From an uncultured Chloroflexia bacterium (GTDB lineage: Bacteria > Chloroflexota > Limnocylindria > Limnocylindrales > CSP1-4): DNA of 64,000 nt. Below, one piece after another: positions 56,268-64,000 of the stretch. The stretch covers positions 921,085-985,084 of the forward strand of contig CAWFAH010000010.1 in NCBI GenBank assembly GCA_963813705.1, written 5' to 3'. Under the pieces are notes generated by a model. That model was not told the origin of the DNA. It ran no database searches and was given only the letters and a program-made list of their open reading frames with translations. Every line of letters begins with the position of its first letter. Position 1 is the first letter of the stretch. A program made the translations under genes and the position numbers.

Positions 56268-57011
56268 ATGAAGAACCAGCCCCTCGTGCTCGTCGCGGAC
56301 GACGAGCCGCGGATCACGAAGCTCGTCGCGGTCACCCTGACCGACGAGGGGTTCCGGGTCGTGACCGCCGACGGCGGCGAGGAGGCCCTCCGGAAGGCCG
56401 AAGAGATCCGGCCGGACATCGTGCTGCTCGACATCGTGATGCCGGACCTCGACGGCATCGAGGTCATGCGCCAGCTGCGCGAATGGCGGCCCGTCCCGGT
56501 GATCCTCCTGACGGCGAAGGGCTCGACGGCGGACAAGGCGAAAGGGCTCGACCTCGGCGCCGACGACTACATCGCCAAGCCGTTCCATCCCGACGAGCTT
56601 GCGGCCCGGGTCCGGGCCGTCCTCCGCCGGGCCGCCGGCGTCACGCCGGGCGGCGGGATCGTCCGGATCGGTAACGTCGAGATCGACCTCGAGCGCCGGT
56701 TCATGACCCGCGACGGTGAGCTCGTCCAGCTCAGCCGGACGGAGTGGCTGCTGCTCCAGCACCTGGCCGCGAACGCGGGCAAGGTCGTCCTCCACAGCGA
56801 GCTGCTCACGAAGGTCTGGGGGCCCGAGTACCGGGACGACCTCCAGTACCTCCGCGTCTGGGTGAGCCGGGTCCGGCGCAAGCTCGGCGCGGCCCCCGGT
56901 GAGCCCGGTCCGATCACGACCTTCCAGGGCATCGGCTACGTGCTCAACGTCGACGAGGCCCCACCGCTCGAGCTCGTCCAGCCGGCGACTGCGGCCGGTC
57001 ATGCTGGCTGA
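56268..57011 (+). CDS. OmpR/PhoB family response regulator (KdpE-like)
   Basis: GGAGAGGAG RBS. Receiver LVLVADDEPRITKLV...DIVLLDIVMPDLDGIEV...LLTAKG. Winged-helix output domain (LVQLSRTEWLLLQHL...LRVWVSRVRRKL). Confidence 0.9.
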   Translation: MKNQPLVLVADDEPRITKLVAVTLTDEGFRVVTADGGEEALRKAEEIRPDIVLLDIVMPDLDGIEVMRQLREWRPVPVILLTAKGSTADKAKGLDLGADDYIAKPFHPDELAARVRAVLRRAAGVTPGGGIVRIGNVEIDLERRFMTRDGELVQLSRTEWLLLQHLAANAGKVVLHSELLTKVWGPEYRDDLQYLRVWVSRVRRKLGAAPGEPGPITTFQGIGYVLNVDEAPPLELVQPATAAGHAG

Positions 57012-57543
57012 GTCGCTGCCCAACACCGGGACCGGGTCGGGGATCCTCGTCGCGCTCGAGGTCCTCATCAACGACGACCCGATCGATCCCCGCCCGCTCG
57101 ACGAGGCGCTCCCCGCCCTCGAGCGACTGGGCTGGGTCGGGCGGCCGGTGATCCTGGCCGGGCGGACCCTCCTCGGCCGGCGCCTGCCGGATGGGCCGGC
57201 GGACCGGACGGCCTGGGTCCGGACCGTCCTCGGGCGGCACGAGCTCGACGTCGCCGGCTTCGACGAGCCGGCCTCGGACCGGCCGGGCGACGACGCCGAT
57301 CGGCTCGCCGTCGAGGCCTGGTCGGACCTGCGCCGGACGTGGCGCGCCGACTGGCTGCTGACCGCGCGCCCGACGAGCGTGGGCCCGGCCCGCCGCGCGG
57401 GCCTGTCGGTCGCCCGGATCGGGCCGCGAGGCCGGGCGATCACGGAATCGGTCGAGCGGCCCGACCACGAGGCGCGCGACCTGCTCGACGCGGTCGGGCA
57501 CCTGCTCGTCGGTGATGCCTTCGCGGTCGACCACCCGGGCTGA
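57001..57543 (+). CDS. Hypothetical protein (180 aa), possibly a degenerate HAD-like (GmhB-type) domain, translationally coupled to the OmpR-family regulator; in-frame TGA at 57541 is followed by ~89 further coding-like codons
   Basis: ATG overlaps the RR stop. Weak similarity of GILVALEVLINDDP...VILAGRT...WLLTARP to HAD-IIIA phosphatases without the DxD nucleophile. Downstream same-frame sequence (57544-57810) has strong GC3 bias. Confidence 0.55.
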   Translation: MLAESLPNTGTGSGILVALEVLINDDPIDPRPLDEALPALERLGWVGRPVILAGRTLLGRRLPDGPADRTAWVRTVLGRHELDVAGFDEPASDRPGDDADRLAVEAWSDLRRTWRADWLLTARPTSVGPARRAGLSVARIGPRGRAITESVERPDHEARDLLDAVGHLLVGDAFAVDHPG

Positions 57544-58002
57544 CGCACCGGAGCGGACGACGTCTACGCGGCGCGCCGGGACGAGCAGGGCTCCGAGATC
57601 GTCGTGATCGTCACGGCCTGGCGCGACTGGGCCTCGCTGACCGCCGCGCTCGGCGACGATCCGGCCAGGCCGTACCTGCTGACGCTCGAGTCCGGGCTCG
57701 TGGACGAGGTGACGGTCGAGCACTTCGAGGGGCTCGATCTGCCGGGTCGCTCGGCCGGCGGCAACCGAACGTCCGAGGCAGCAGCACCGGCTGCGTCCCC
57801 CGTGGGGTGACCCACAGGATGATCACCGCGTCATAGGCCGCGGCGTCGGCGGCGAGCTCCAGGATCTCGTGGGCGTCCATCCGTCGATCGTGGACCGCTC
57901 GCCGTCTCGCGGGCATCGCCCGATGGGACCATGACCTTGCGGCCATGTCGTCGGCGCGGCGCCGGTCGGCGGTCCGACCGGCGACAGGTGGCGGTCCCGG
58001 CC

Positions 58003-59187
58003 TCAGACGCGGACGGGCTCCCCGACGCGGGCCCGCCGCGGCACGGCCTCCGCCGCGGCGGCCCGGGTGAACACGCTGCGATAGGCGGCCCCGACCGTGG
58101 GCCAGGTCATCGTCCGCCCGAGGGCGTAGGCGCGCCGTGACAGCGTCGCCCGACGCTCGGGGTCGGTGAGCAGGTCGGCCAGCGCGTCGCCGAGGGGACC
58201 GGGCGAACCCGGCGGGACGAGCACGCCGCGACCCGGGCTGAGCAGCTCGCGCGCGTACGCGTACGGCGTGGACACGATCGCGAGCCCGGCCCCGAGCGCG
58301 TACGACAGCGTGCCCGACACGATCTGGTCGAGGTTGGGGTATGGGGTGACGAAGACATCGCTCGCCTGGAGCCAGCGGCCGAGCTCGACGGGGCTGACGA
58401 AGCGGTCCACGAACCGGACCGCCTCGCCGAGCCGGAGCGCCTCGACCCGGGACTGCAGTGTCTCCCGGTAGCGCTCCCCCTCTCGTCGGAGCAGGTCGGG
58501 GTGCGTGGCCCCGAGGATGACGTACAACGCGTCGGGGACGACCCGCCGGACGGCCGCCATCGCCTCGATGGCCGTTTCGTAGCCCTTGCCTGGCCCCACC
58601 AGCCCGAAGCTCAGGATCGTCGGCCGGTCCGGCAGCCCGAGCTCGGTCTTGCGCTGGGCCGGGTCGACCTTGGGCAGGTCGGGCACGCCGTGCGGGATCA
58701 CCTGGATCCGGACGGGCTCGAGCCCGTAGCGGTCGACGAGCAGGGTCGCCGCGCCCTCGGACATCACCACGTTGGCGGCGGCGCGCCGGCCAATCTCGTG
58801 GATCGCGTGCCGCTGCGTCTCCGATGGTCGGCTGAGGACGGTGTGGAAGGTCGCCACGAGCGGCGTCCGGAGTCGCTCGACGAGCTCCAGTACGTGCCCG
58901 CCGTCCGGCCCGCCGTAGATGCCGTACTCGTGCTGGAGCGACAGGACGTCGGCCCCCCAGCCGTCGATCGCGACGGCCGCGCTGCGGTAGTCGGCGACGT
59001 CGTGGTCGCGGATCGTCGCCCGGACCTCCGGCGGCTCGAGCTGCGACGCGTCCAGCCCGTCGTCCTGCCGGCCGAGCGCAAAGACCGCGCCGCCGGCGCC
59101 GACGGCCGCCCGAAGGTTGCGCGTGAACGTGGCGATCCCGCAGCGGCGCGGCGGGTAGGTGGAGAGGTAGGCGATCCTGGGGTCCAC
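58003..59187 (-). CDS. Glycosyltransferase family 4 protein
   Basis: 394 aa. N-terminal STYPPRRCGIATFTRNL. C-terminal GT-B motifs (ILSFGLVGPGKGYETAIEA...DVFVTPYPNLDQIVSGTLSYALGAGLAIVST) including the EX7E-like region. Confidence 0.85.
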   Translation of the reverse strand: MDPRIAYLSTYPPRRCGIATFTRNLRAAVGAGGAVFALGRQDDGLDASQLEPPEVRATIRDHDVADYRSAAVAIDGWGADVLSLQHEYGIYGGPDGGHVLELVERLRTPLVATFHTVLSRPSETQRHAIHEIGRRAAANVVMSEGAATLLVDRYGLEPVRIQVIPHGVPDLPKVDPAQRKTELGLPDRPTILSFGLVGPGKGYETAIEAMAAVRRVVPDALYVILGATHPDLLRREGERYRETLQSRVEALRLGEAVRFVDRFVSPVELGRWLQASDVFVTPYPNLDQIVSGTLSYALGAGLAIVSTPYAYARELLSPGRGVLVPPGSPGPLGDALADLLTDPERRATLSRRAYALGRTMTWPTVGAAYRSVFTRAAAAEAVPRRARVGEPVRV

Positions 59188-59387
59188 GCGAGCTCCTGAC
59201 GGGCTGGGATCGGCCCGGCCGGGACGCCTGCGTACACCCCGCCGGCCGATCGACCTCTACGTTCGCCGCGGGCGCGTTGCCCAGGGGTCGCAGAGCGTGG
59301 GAGGAGGCTTGCGGAAGCGTGACGCCGGGCGTCCGACATGAGGTTGAAACCTTGACGCGATCGCGGTCCCGTGCGTTCATTCGACGG

Positions 59388-62300
59388 ATGACCCCCGTGA
59401 CCACGCCGCGGCGCGACGGGGCCACCGAGCTCGACCACCCTCGCCGAGGCCTCGGCTGGCTCCAGCGAGACGAAGGCTGGGCGCCGGGCGAAGGCGCGGG
59501 CCGCCTGGCCGCGGCGATCCTGATCGCGCTCGTCGCCGTCGGCTTCAAGGTGGCCGTCGTGCGCGGGCTGGGTGGCGAGCTCGGCTACCTGTCGTACGTG
59601 GGCGCGGTCGTCCTCGGCGCCTGGGTTGCCGGCCTGCGCGGCGGCCTGATCACCACCGCCATCTGCGCCCTGGCCGAGATCCTGCTGTTCAGCGGATCGG
59701 TGGCCGATGCCAGCGGCTCCGAGCAGGCGCTTCTCCACGTCGCGCTGTTCCTGTTCGACGGCGCCCTGGTCAGCGTGATCACCTCGGGGCTGCGCCGGGC
59801 GACCTACCGGGAGCGGACGGCGCGCGCCGAGCGCGAGGTGCACTTCCAGGCCGAGCTCGCCGCGCGCGAAGCCGCCGAGCGGGACCAGGCCGCCCTGCTC
59901 CGGCTCCAGACGGTCACCGCCAGCCTCGCGGGAGCGGCGACACCGTTGGAGGTGGCGGACGCGATCCTCGATCGCGGCCTCACCGCGCTCGGGGCCGACG
60001 CGGGTGGCGTGAGCCAGTTGAGCGCCGACGGCACGGCGCTCGAGCTGATCGCGGCGCGCGGCTACCCGCCGGCCGAGGCGCAGCCCGGCCGCCTCTTCGA
60101 GCTGGACGGTTCGACTCACCTGGCCGATGCCGTCCGGACGGGCCGGCCGATCCTGCTGGGCAGCGCGGCCGAATGGACCGCCCGCTACCCGGCCAGCCCG
60201 CCCCATCCACTGGCCGGATCGACCGACGGCGGCGCGATCGCCGCCCTGCCCCTGATCTCCGGCGGGCAGCTCATCGGCGGGGCGGTGTTCCGCTTCGCCG
60301 CGGCCCATGACTTCGACGACGGCACGGGCGAGCTCGCGGTGCGGCTGGCCGAGCAGGGAGCCCTCGCCCTCGACCGGGCGATCGCGTACGACCGCGAGCT
60401 GCGGGCGCGCGCCGCGCTCGAACGCGGCCAGGACCGGCTCGCCTTCCTGGCCGAGGCGAGCGACCGGATCGGCGCCCGGCTGGACATCGCCGCCGGCCTC
60501 GACGAGGTCGCCCGGCTGGCCGTGCCGGCCGTGGCCGACTGGTGCGCGATCGAGCTGCTCGACCTCGACCGTCCGCTGCTTGCCGTCGCAGCCGGCGACG
60601 AGCGCCGCCGGGCCGCGATCGCGGATCTCGCCTCGATCGCTCCGCGCAGCCTCGGACCATGGCTGGCCAGCGACGCGGTCGAGGCCGGGGCGGCGATCGT
60701 GACGATCGAGGCGAGCTGGTCCGAGCGGCTCACCGATCCGCGAGCCGTCGCCCTGCTCGCGGAGCTCGAGACGAAGACCTGCCTCGTCGCGCCGATCCTC
60801 GGACCCGCCGACGCACCGGTCGGCTCGATCGTCCTGGGCGCGGCCCGGCCGGATCGCTTCGAGGCCGACGACCTGGCGCTCGTGCGCGATCTCTCCGGGC
60901 GCATCGGCTCGGCAGCCGGGCACGCCCGGCTGTTCGGCGCCGTGGACCGGTTCAAGGCGACCGTCGATGTCAGCGCCGACGCGGTGTTCATGTTCGACCC
61001 GCAGACCCTCCGCCTGACGTACGTGAACCGTGGCGCGTCCGAGCTGGTCGGCCAGCCGCCCGACGCGCTCATCGGCTCGAGCGTGCTCCGGCTCCAGCCG
61101 TCCGCCGTCGCCGACCGGTTTCTCGAGCGGATCCGCCACCTGCGCGACGAGGCCGACGCCTCGACGACGTTCACCGGGACCGTCGCCCGCGGCGACGGCG
61201 GCGAGGTCCCGATCGAGGCGTTCATGCAGGAGGTCACCCTGCCGGACGGCGGGACGACCGCGATCCTCACGGCGCGCAACGTCAGCGAGCGGATCGACGT
61301 CCAGGCACGGCTGACCAGGATCGCCGGCGACGAACGCCGCCAGGCCGCCGAGCTCCGGGCCGTCATCCAGGCCATGGGTGAGGGCATCCTCGTCGTCGAT
61401 CATCGGGGCGGCATCTCGCTCGCCAACGATGCCGCGACCGACATCCTCGGCGAGCTGCCGAAGACCCTCGTCGAGCTCGCCTCGCGGCTCGGCGACGACG
61501 CGATCGATCCCCCGACGACCGAGCGCTCCGAGGTCGAGGCCGACGGCGAGCCCCGCACGGTCGCCCTGGCCGACGGACGCTGGCTCGAGGTCTCGACGTA
61601 CGCCGCGGACCTCGGCGGCGGGCTGATCGACGCGGCCGGACCGTCGCGGATCGTCGTTCTTCGCGACGTGACCCGCGCCCGCGACGCCGAGGCCGCGCGG
61701 GAGGCCTTCCTTGGCGTCCTGTCGCACGAGCTGCGGACCCCGGTGACGACGATCTTCGGCTATGCCAAGGTCCTCCAGCGATCGGCCCGGCGCGAGGACC
61801 GCGACGAGATGCTCGGTGACATCGAGGTCGAGGCCGACCGGCTGTACCGGATCGTCGAGGACCTCCTCGCGCTCAGCCGGGTGGAGGGCGGCGGGCTCGC
61901 GATCGAGGGCGAGCCGTTGCTGATCCAGCATCTCGCCGGGCCGGTGATCGACTCCGAGGCCCAGCGCTGGAACCGGATCCAGTTCGAGACCGACCTCCCG
62001 CCCGGCCTGCCGGCCGTGTTCGGCGAGCGGACATACGTGGAGCAGGTCCTCCGGAACATGGTCTCGAACGCCGGCAAGTACAGCCCGCCCGACTCGGTCG
62101 TCACGATCTCGGCCTCGACGACGCCCAGCGAGGTCCTGATCCGGGTCCTCGATCGCGGGGCCGGGATCCAGGCGGACGAGGCCGAGCGGCTGTTCGAGCT
62201 CTACTACCGCTCGCCGGCGACGGCCCGCAGCGCCGCCGGCGCCGGGATCGGGCTGTACGTCGGTCGCGGCCTGATCACGGCGATGGGTGGACGGATCTGG

Positions 62301-62405
62301 GCGCGCCCGCGGTCGGGCGGTGGCTCGGAGTTCGGGTTCAGCCTGCCGCGTTGTGACGAGGACCCCGTCCCGACCGCGCCGGAGGGCGCCGTTGCCGGCG
62401 TTTGA
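59388..62405 (+). CDS. Multidomain sensor histidine kinase: DUF4118 (KdpD-type membrane domain) - GAF - GAF - PAS - PAS - HisKA - HATPase_c
   Basis: ~1005 aa from MTPVTTPRRD. Four N-terminal TM helices resemble the KdpD C-terminal membrane module. H-box GVLSHELRTPVTTIFGY. N/G boxes VLRNMVSNAGKYS...DRGAGI...GAGIGLYV. Confidence 0.9.
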   Translation: MTPVTTPRRDGATELDHPRRGLGWLQRDEGWAPGEGAGRLAAAILIALVAVGFKVAVVRGLGGELGYLSYVGAVVLGAWVAGLRGGLITTAICALAEILLFSGSVADASGSEQALLHVALFLFDGALVSVITSGLRRATYRERTARAEREVHFQAELAAREAAERDQAALLRLQTVTASLAGAATPLEVADAILDRGLTALGADAGGVSQLSADGTALELIAARGYPPAEAQPGRLFELDGSTHLADAVRTGRPILLGSAAEWTARYPASPPHPLAGSTDGGAIAALPLISGGQLIGGAVFRFAAAHDFDDGTGELAVRLAEQGALALDRAIAYDRELRARAALERGQDRLAFLAEASDRIGARLDIAAGLDEVARLAVPAVADWCAIELLDLDRPLLAVAAGDERRRAAIADLASIAPRSLGPWLASDAVEAGAAIVTIEASWSERLTDPRAVALLAELETKTCLVAPILGPADAPVGSIVLGAARPDRFEADDLALVRDLSGRIGSAAGHARLFGAVDRFKATVDVSADAVFMFDPQTLRLTYVNRGASELVGQPPDALIGSSVLRLQPSAVADRFLERIRHLRDEADASTTFTGTVARGDGGEVPIEAFMQEVTLPDGGTTAILTARNVSERIDVQARLTRIAGDERRQAAELRAVIQAMGEGILVVDHRGGISLANDAATDILGELPKTLVELASRLGDDAIDPPTTERSEVEADGEPRTVALADGRWLEVSTYAADLGGGLIDAAGPSRIVVLRDVTRARDAEAAREAFLGVLSHELRTPVTTIFGYAKVLQRSARREDRDEMLGDIEVEADRLYRIVEDLLALSRVEGGGLAIEGEPLLIQHLAGPVIDSEAQRWNRIQFETDLPPGLPAVFGERTYVEQVLRNMVSNAGKYSPPDSVVTISASTTPSEVLIRVLDRGAGIQADEAERLFELYYRSPATARSAAGAGIGLYVGRGLITAMGGRIWARPRSGGGSEFGFSLPRCDEDPVPTAPEGAVAGV

Positions 62406-62480
62406 TCGCCACCCGTCGCCGTCGGCTAGAGTGGGCTGCGCGTCAGACCCCGGCTGAGGGATCCGTCCAGGAGGCGATGG

Positions 62481-63344
62481 TTGCGGGTTTCCCCGCGCGA
62501 GCTCAAGGCAGTCCGCGCGAACGGGATCGTCACCCGCTACGCCGCGCTGGGCCAGGCGGTCTTCATCATCGCCGACCTGCCCGATGGCGGAAGCGCCGGG
62601 ACCTCGATCGAAGCGCCCTGCGAGCTCGAGCACTGGGGTCTCGTCCTGCACGGCTCCCTGGTCCTCGAGTCGACTGGGCGGCACGCCTTCGCGGCGGGCA
62701 CCGCCTTCTACGTCCGACCCGGTTCCCCGGCTCACCACTTCACGACCCGCAGCCGAACCGTCGTCGCCGGGTTTGCGCCGCTGACCGAGCCGCTCGACGA
62801 CACGCCGAAGGCCCTGCGGGCACGCGGGATCGAGGTGATCCGGCGAGCCCCGACGCCGGTCGCCCCGCCGGAGACGGTCCGGGTCAAGGGCAGCCCGACC
62901 CGACGGACCTCGGTCGGCCAGATCGAGACCGAGTCCGGGGTGATGGGCGCCTGGCTGTTCACGCGAACGACGTTCGGCCCGCTCAGCGGCTACACCGACG
63001 GCTGGTGCGACCTGCCCCACTGGGGGCTCGTCCTCGGCGGCGACCTCGTCCTGCGCTGGGAGGACGGCGCGCTCGAGCTCCTCGGACCCGGTGACGTGTT
63101 CCACGCGCCGGCGGGCGCGCCGGGTCATCGGTTCGAGGTGGCCGACGTGGCCACGATGATCGACTACACGCCGATCTCGGCGATCGACGACGAGCAGCGT
63201 CGCCGGGCAGCGCGGACCGTCGTCGCCCGGGCCGCCGGGCAGCGTCCGCGCACGCCGCGGGCGCCCGAGCCGGGCGAACCGGCGCGCTCTCGCGCGCGGC
63301 GCCGATCCGCACCGGACGACGCGCTGGGGGCGGGCACGGTCTGA
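62481..63344 (+). CDS. Cupin domain-containing protein (bicupin-like)
   Basis: Two repeats of the HWGLVL(H/G)G..VL motif (EHWGLVLHGSLVLE; PHWGLVLGGDLVLR) with G.AFYV/GDVFHAPAG cupin strands. Start uncertain. Confidence 0.7.
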   Translation: MRVSPRELKAVRANGIVTRYAALGQAVFIIADLPDGGSAGTSIEAPCELEHWGLVLHGSLVLESTGRHAFAAGTAFYVRPGSPAHHFTTRSRTVVAGFAPLTEPLDDTPKALRARGIEVIRRAPTPVAPPETVRVKGSPTRRTSVGQIETESGVMGAWLFTRTTFGPLSGYTDGWCDLPHWGLVLGGDLVLRWEDGALELLGPGDVFHAPAGAPGHRFEVADVATMIDYTPISAIDDEQRRRAARTVVARAAGQRPRTPRAPEPGEPARSRARRRSAPDDALGAGTV

Positions 63345-63469
63345 CCCGCGGGCCGGCACCCCCGGCCCCGCCCGCAAGTTTCCTGCAACCCGGCATCCGC
63401 GACCGCGCGGACCGCTGCAACCGCCCGGCATCGATGCTCGGTGGGACCACGTGTCGCCACGGAGGCCGC

Positions 63470-63940
63470 ATGGACGCCCTCAGCCTGCTGCGCCGCGATC
63501 ACCGCGAGCTCAAGAAGGTGCTCGCCGAGCTGGAACCGACGACGGACCGCGCGGTGCGGACCCGGACGCGGCTGTTCGCGCAGCTCGAGCGGGAGCTGAT
63601 CGCCCACGAGACGATCGAACAGGAGCTGTTCTATCCAGCGCTGCAAGCCCGGCCATCGGCGGCCGCCACGGCCCGGACCCACGAGCGGCATGACGTGGTC
63701 GACGAGCTCGTCGAGCCAGTGCGGCGAATCCCCGTGTCCGATCCGACGTGGAGCGCCCAAGCCCGTCGCATGAAGGACGGACTCGAAAGCCACTTCCTCG
63801 AAGAGGAGAGCGAGCTCTTCGAGCTTGCCCGCCGGACGTTCAGCTCCGCCGAGCTCCAGGAGCTCGGGCTCCGGATGGCCGACCGTCGGGCGGCGGTCGT
63901 CCGCGAGCTGTCGGACGGCCCAACGCCGCCGAACCCCTGA
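63470..63940 (+). CDS. Hemerythrin domain-containing protein
   Basis: GGAGG RBS. LLRRDHRELKKVLAEL...HETIEQELFYPAL...HERHDVVDEL...HFLEEESELFELA metal-ligand pattern. Confidence 0.8.
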   Translation: MDALSLLRRDHRELKKVLAELEPTTDRAVRTRTRLFAQLERELIAHETIEQELFYPALQARPSAAATARTHERHDVVDELVEPVRRIPVSDPTWSAQARRMKDGLESHFLEEESELFELARRTFSSAELQELGLRMADRRAAVVRELSDGPTPPNP

Positions 63941-63960
63941 ACCCACGACGAAGGAGAGAC

Positions 63961-64000
63961 GATGACCAGTGACAACGGTCCGCGGGCGACGCTGATCGCC
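63961..64000 (+). CDS. 5' end of an unidentified gene (MTSDNGPRATLIA...), truncated by the window end
   Basis: AAGGAGAG RBS 6 nt upstream of the ATG at 63961. Only 13 codons are visible. Confidence 0.4.

Noticed and set aside
57564-57815. Minus-strand 83-aa ORF (57564-57815)
   Set aside because: Ser/Ala-rich low-complexity translation. Antisense to a plus-strand stretch with much stronger GC3 coding signal.
58764-63431. 1555-aa minus-strand ORF spanning the histidine kinase region
   Set aside because: Antisense to the well-supported DUF4118-GAF-PAS kinase and cupin genes. Composition is Arg/Gly-dominated. No motifs.
1-64000. Search for mobile elements, CRISPR arrays, toxin-antitoxin or phage genes
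   Set aside because: No transposase/integrase/recombinase-like ORFs, no regularly spaced direct repeats with unique spacers, no terminal inverted repeats or target-site duplications were found. The window looks like stable chromosomal backbone.

Overview
This is a high-GC (~72%) bacterial chromosome segment, probably actinobacterial. Two F420-family enzymes, an MmpL/TetR pair, a DosRS-like two-component system, GGAGG-type ribosome-binding sites and pervasive 4-nt stop/start overlaps all point that way. Coding density is very high, with about 60 genes on both strands. I found no transposase or integrase, no CRISPR array and no convincing tRNA or rRNA. Most of the very long six-frame ORFs are antisense or off-frame artefacts of GC-rich DNA; real genes were picked by protein-family recognition, GC3 bias, RBS and operon context. 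The main content is summarised below.
- The 5' end holds the start of the suf operon (sufB N-terminus, running out of the window) with a palindromic candidate operator.
- Efflux and transport genes are numerous: two MFS transporters, a MarR-RND pair, a TetR-MmpL pair with a promoter-embedded palindromic operator, and a doubled ABC-2 operon.
- A sulfur-trafficking cluster reads arsR/sqrR-like, dsrE3, tusA, dsrE2, tusA, sulfide:quinone oxidoreductase, next to a hemerythrin gene.
- An ECF sigma, anti-sigma and beta-propeller lipoprotein form a trio.
- A DevS/DevR-like GAF kinase and NarL regulator sit beside a Tat-secreted multicopper oxidase and a universal stress protein.
- A CoA-transferase A/B pair is split by 600 bp of non-coding DNA that contains a MIRU-like 42-bp x3 tandem repeat.
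- A gabT / P5C-dehydrogenase catabolic pair, fabI, and F420 enzymes are present.
- A KdpE-like regulator is separated from a DUF4118-GAF-PAS histidine kinase.
- Two further hemerythrins and a cupin protein are present.

The most unusual region is a three-gene operon of membrane-associated unknowns (5017-8635). It includes a 601-aa protein with a Vps62/DUF946-like aromatic motif, a coiled coil, a His-rich linker and a C-terminal membrane anchor.

Five genes carry single-base frameshifts, at least four of them in G/C homopolymer runs, and one gene has an in-frame TGA followed by coding-like sequence. That pattern suggests assembly indel errors rather than true pseudogenes.
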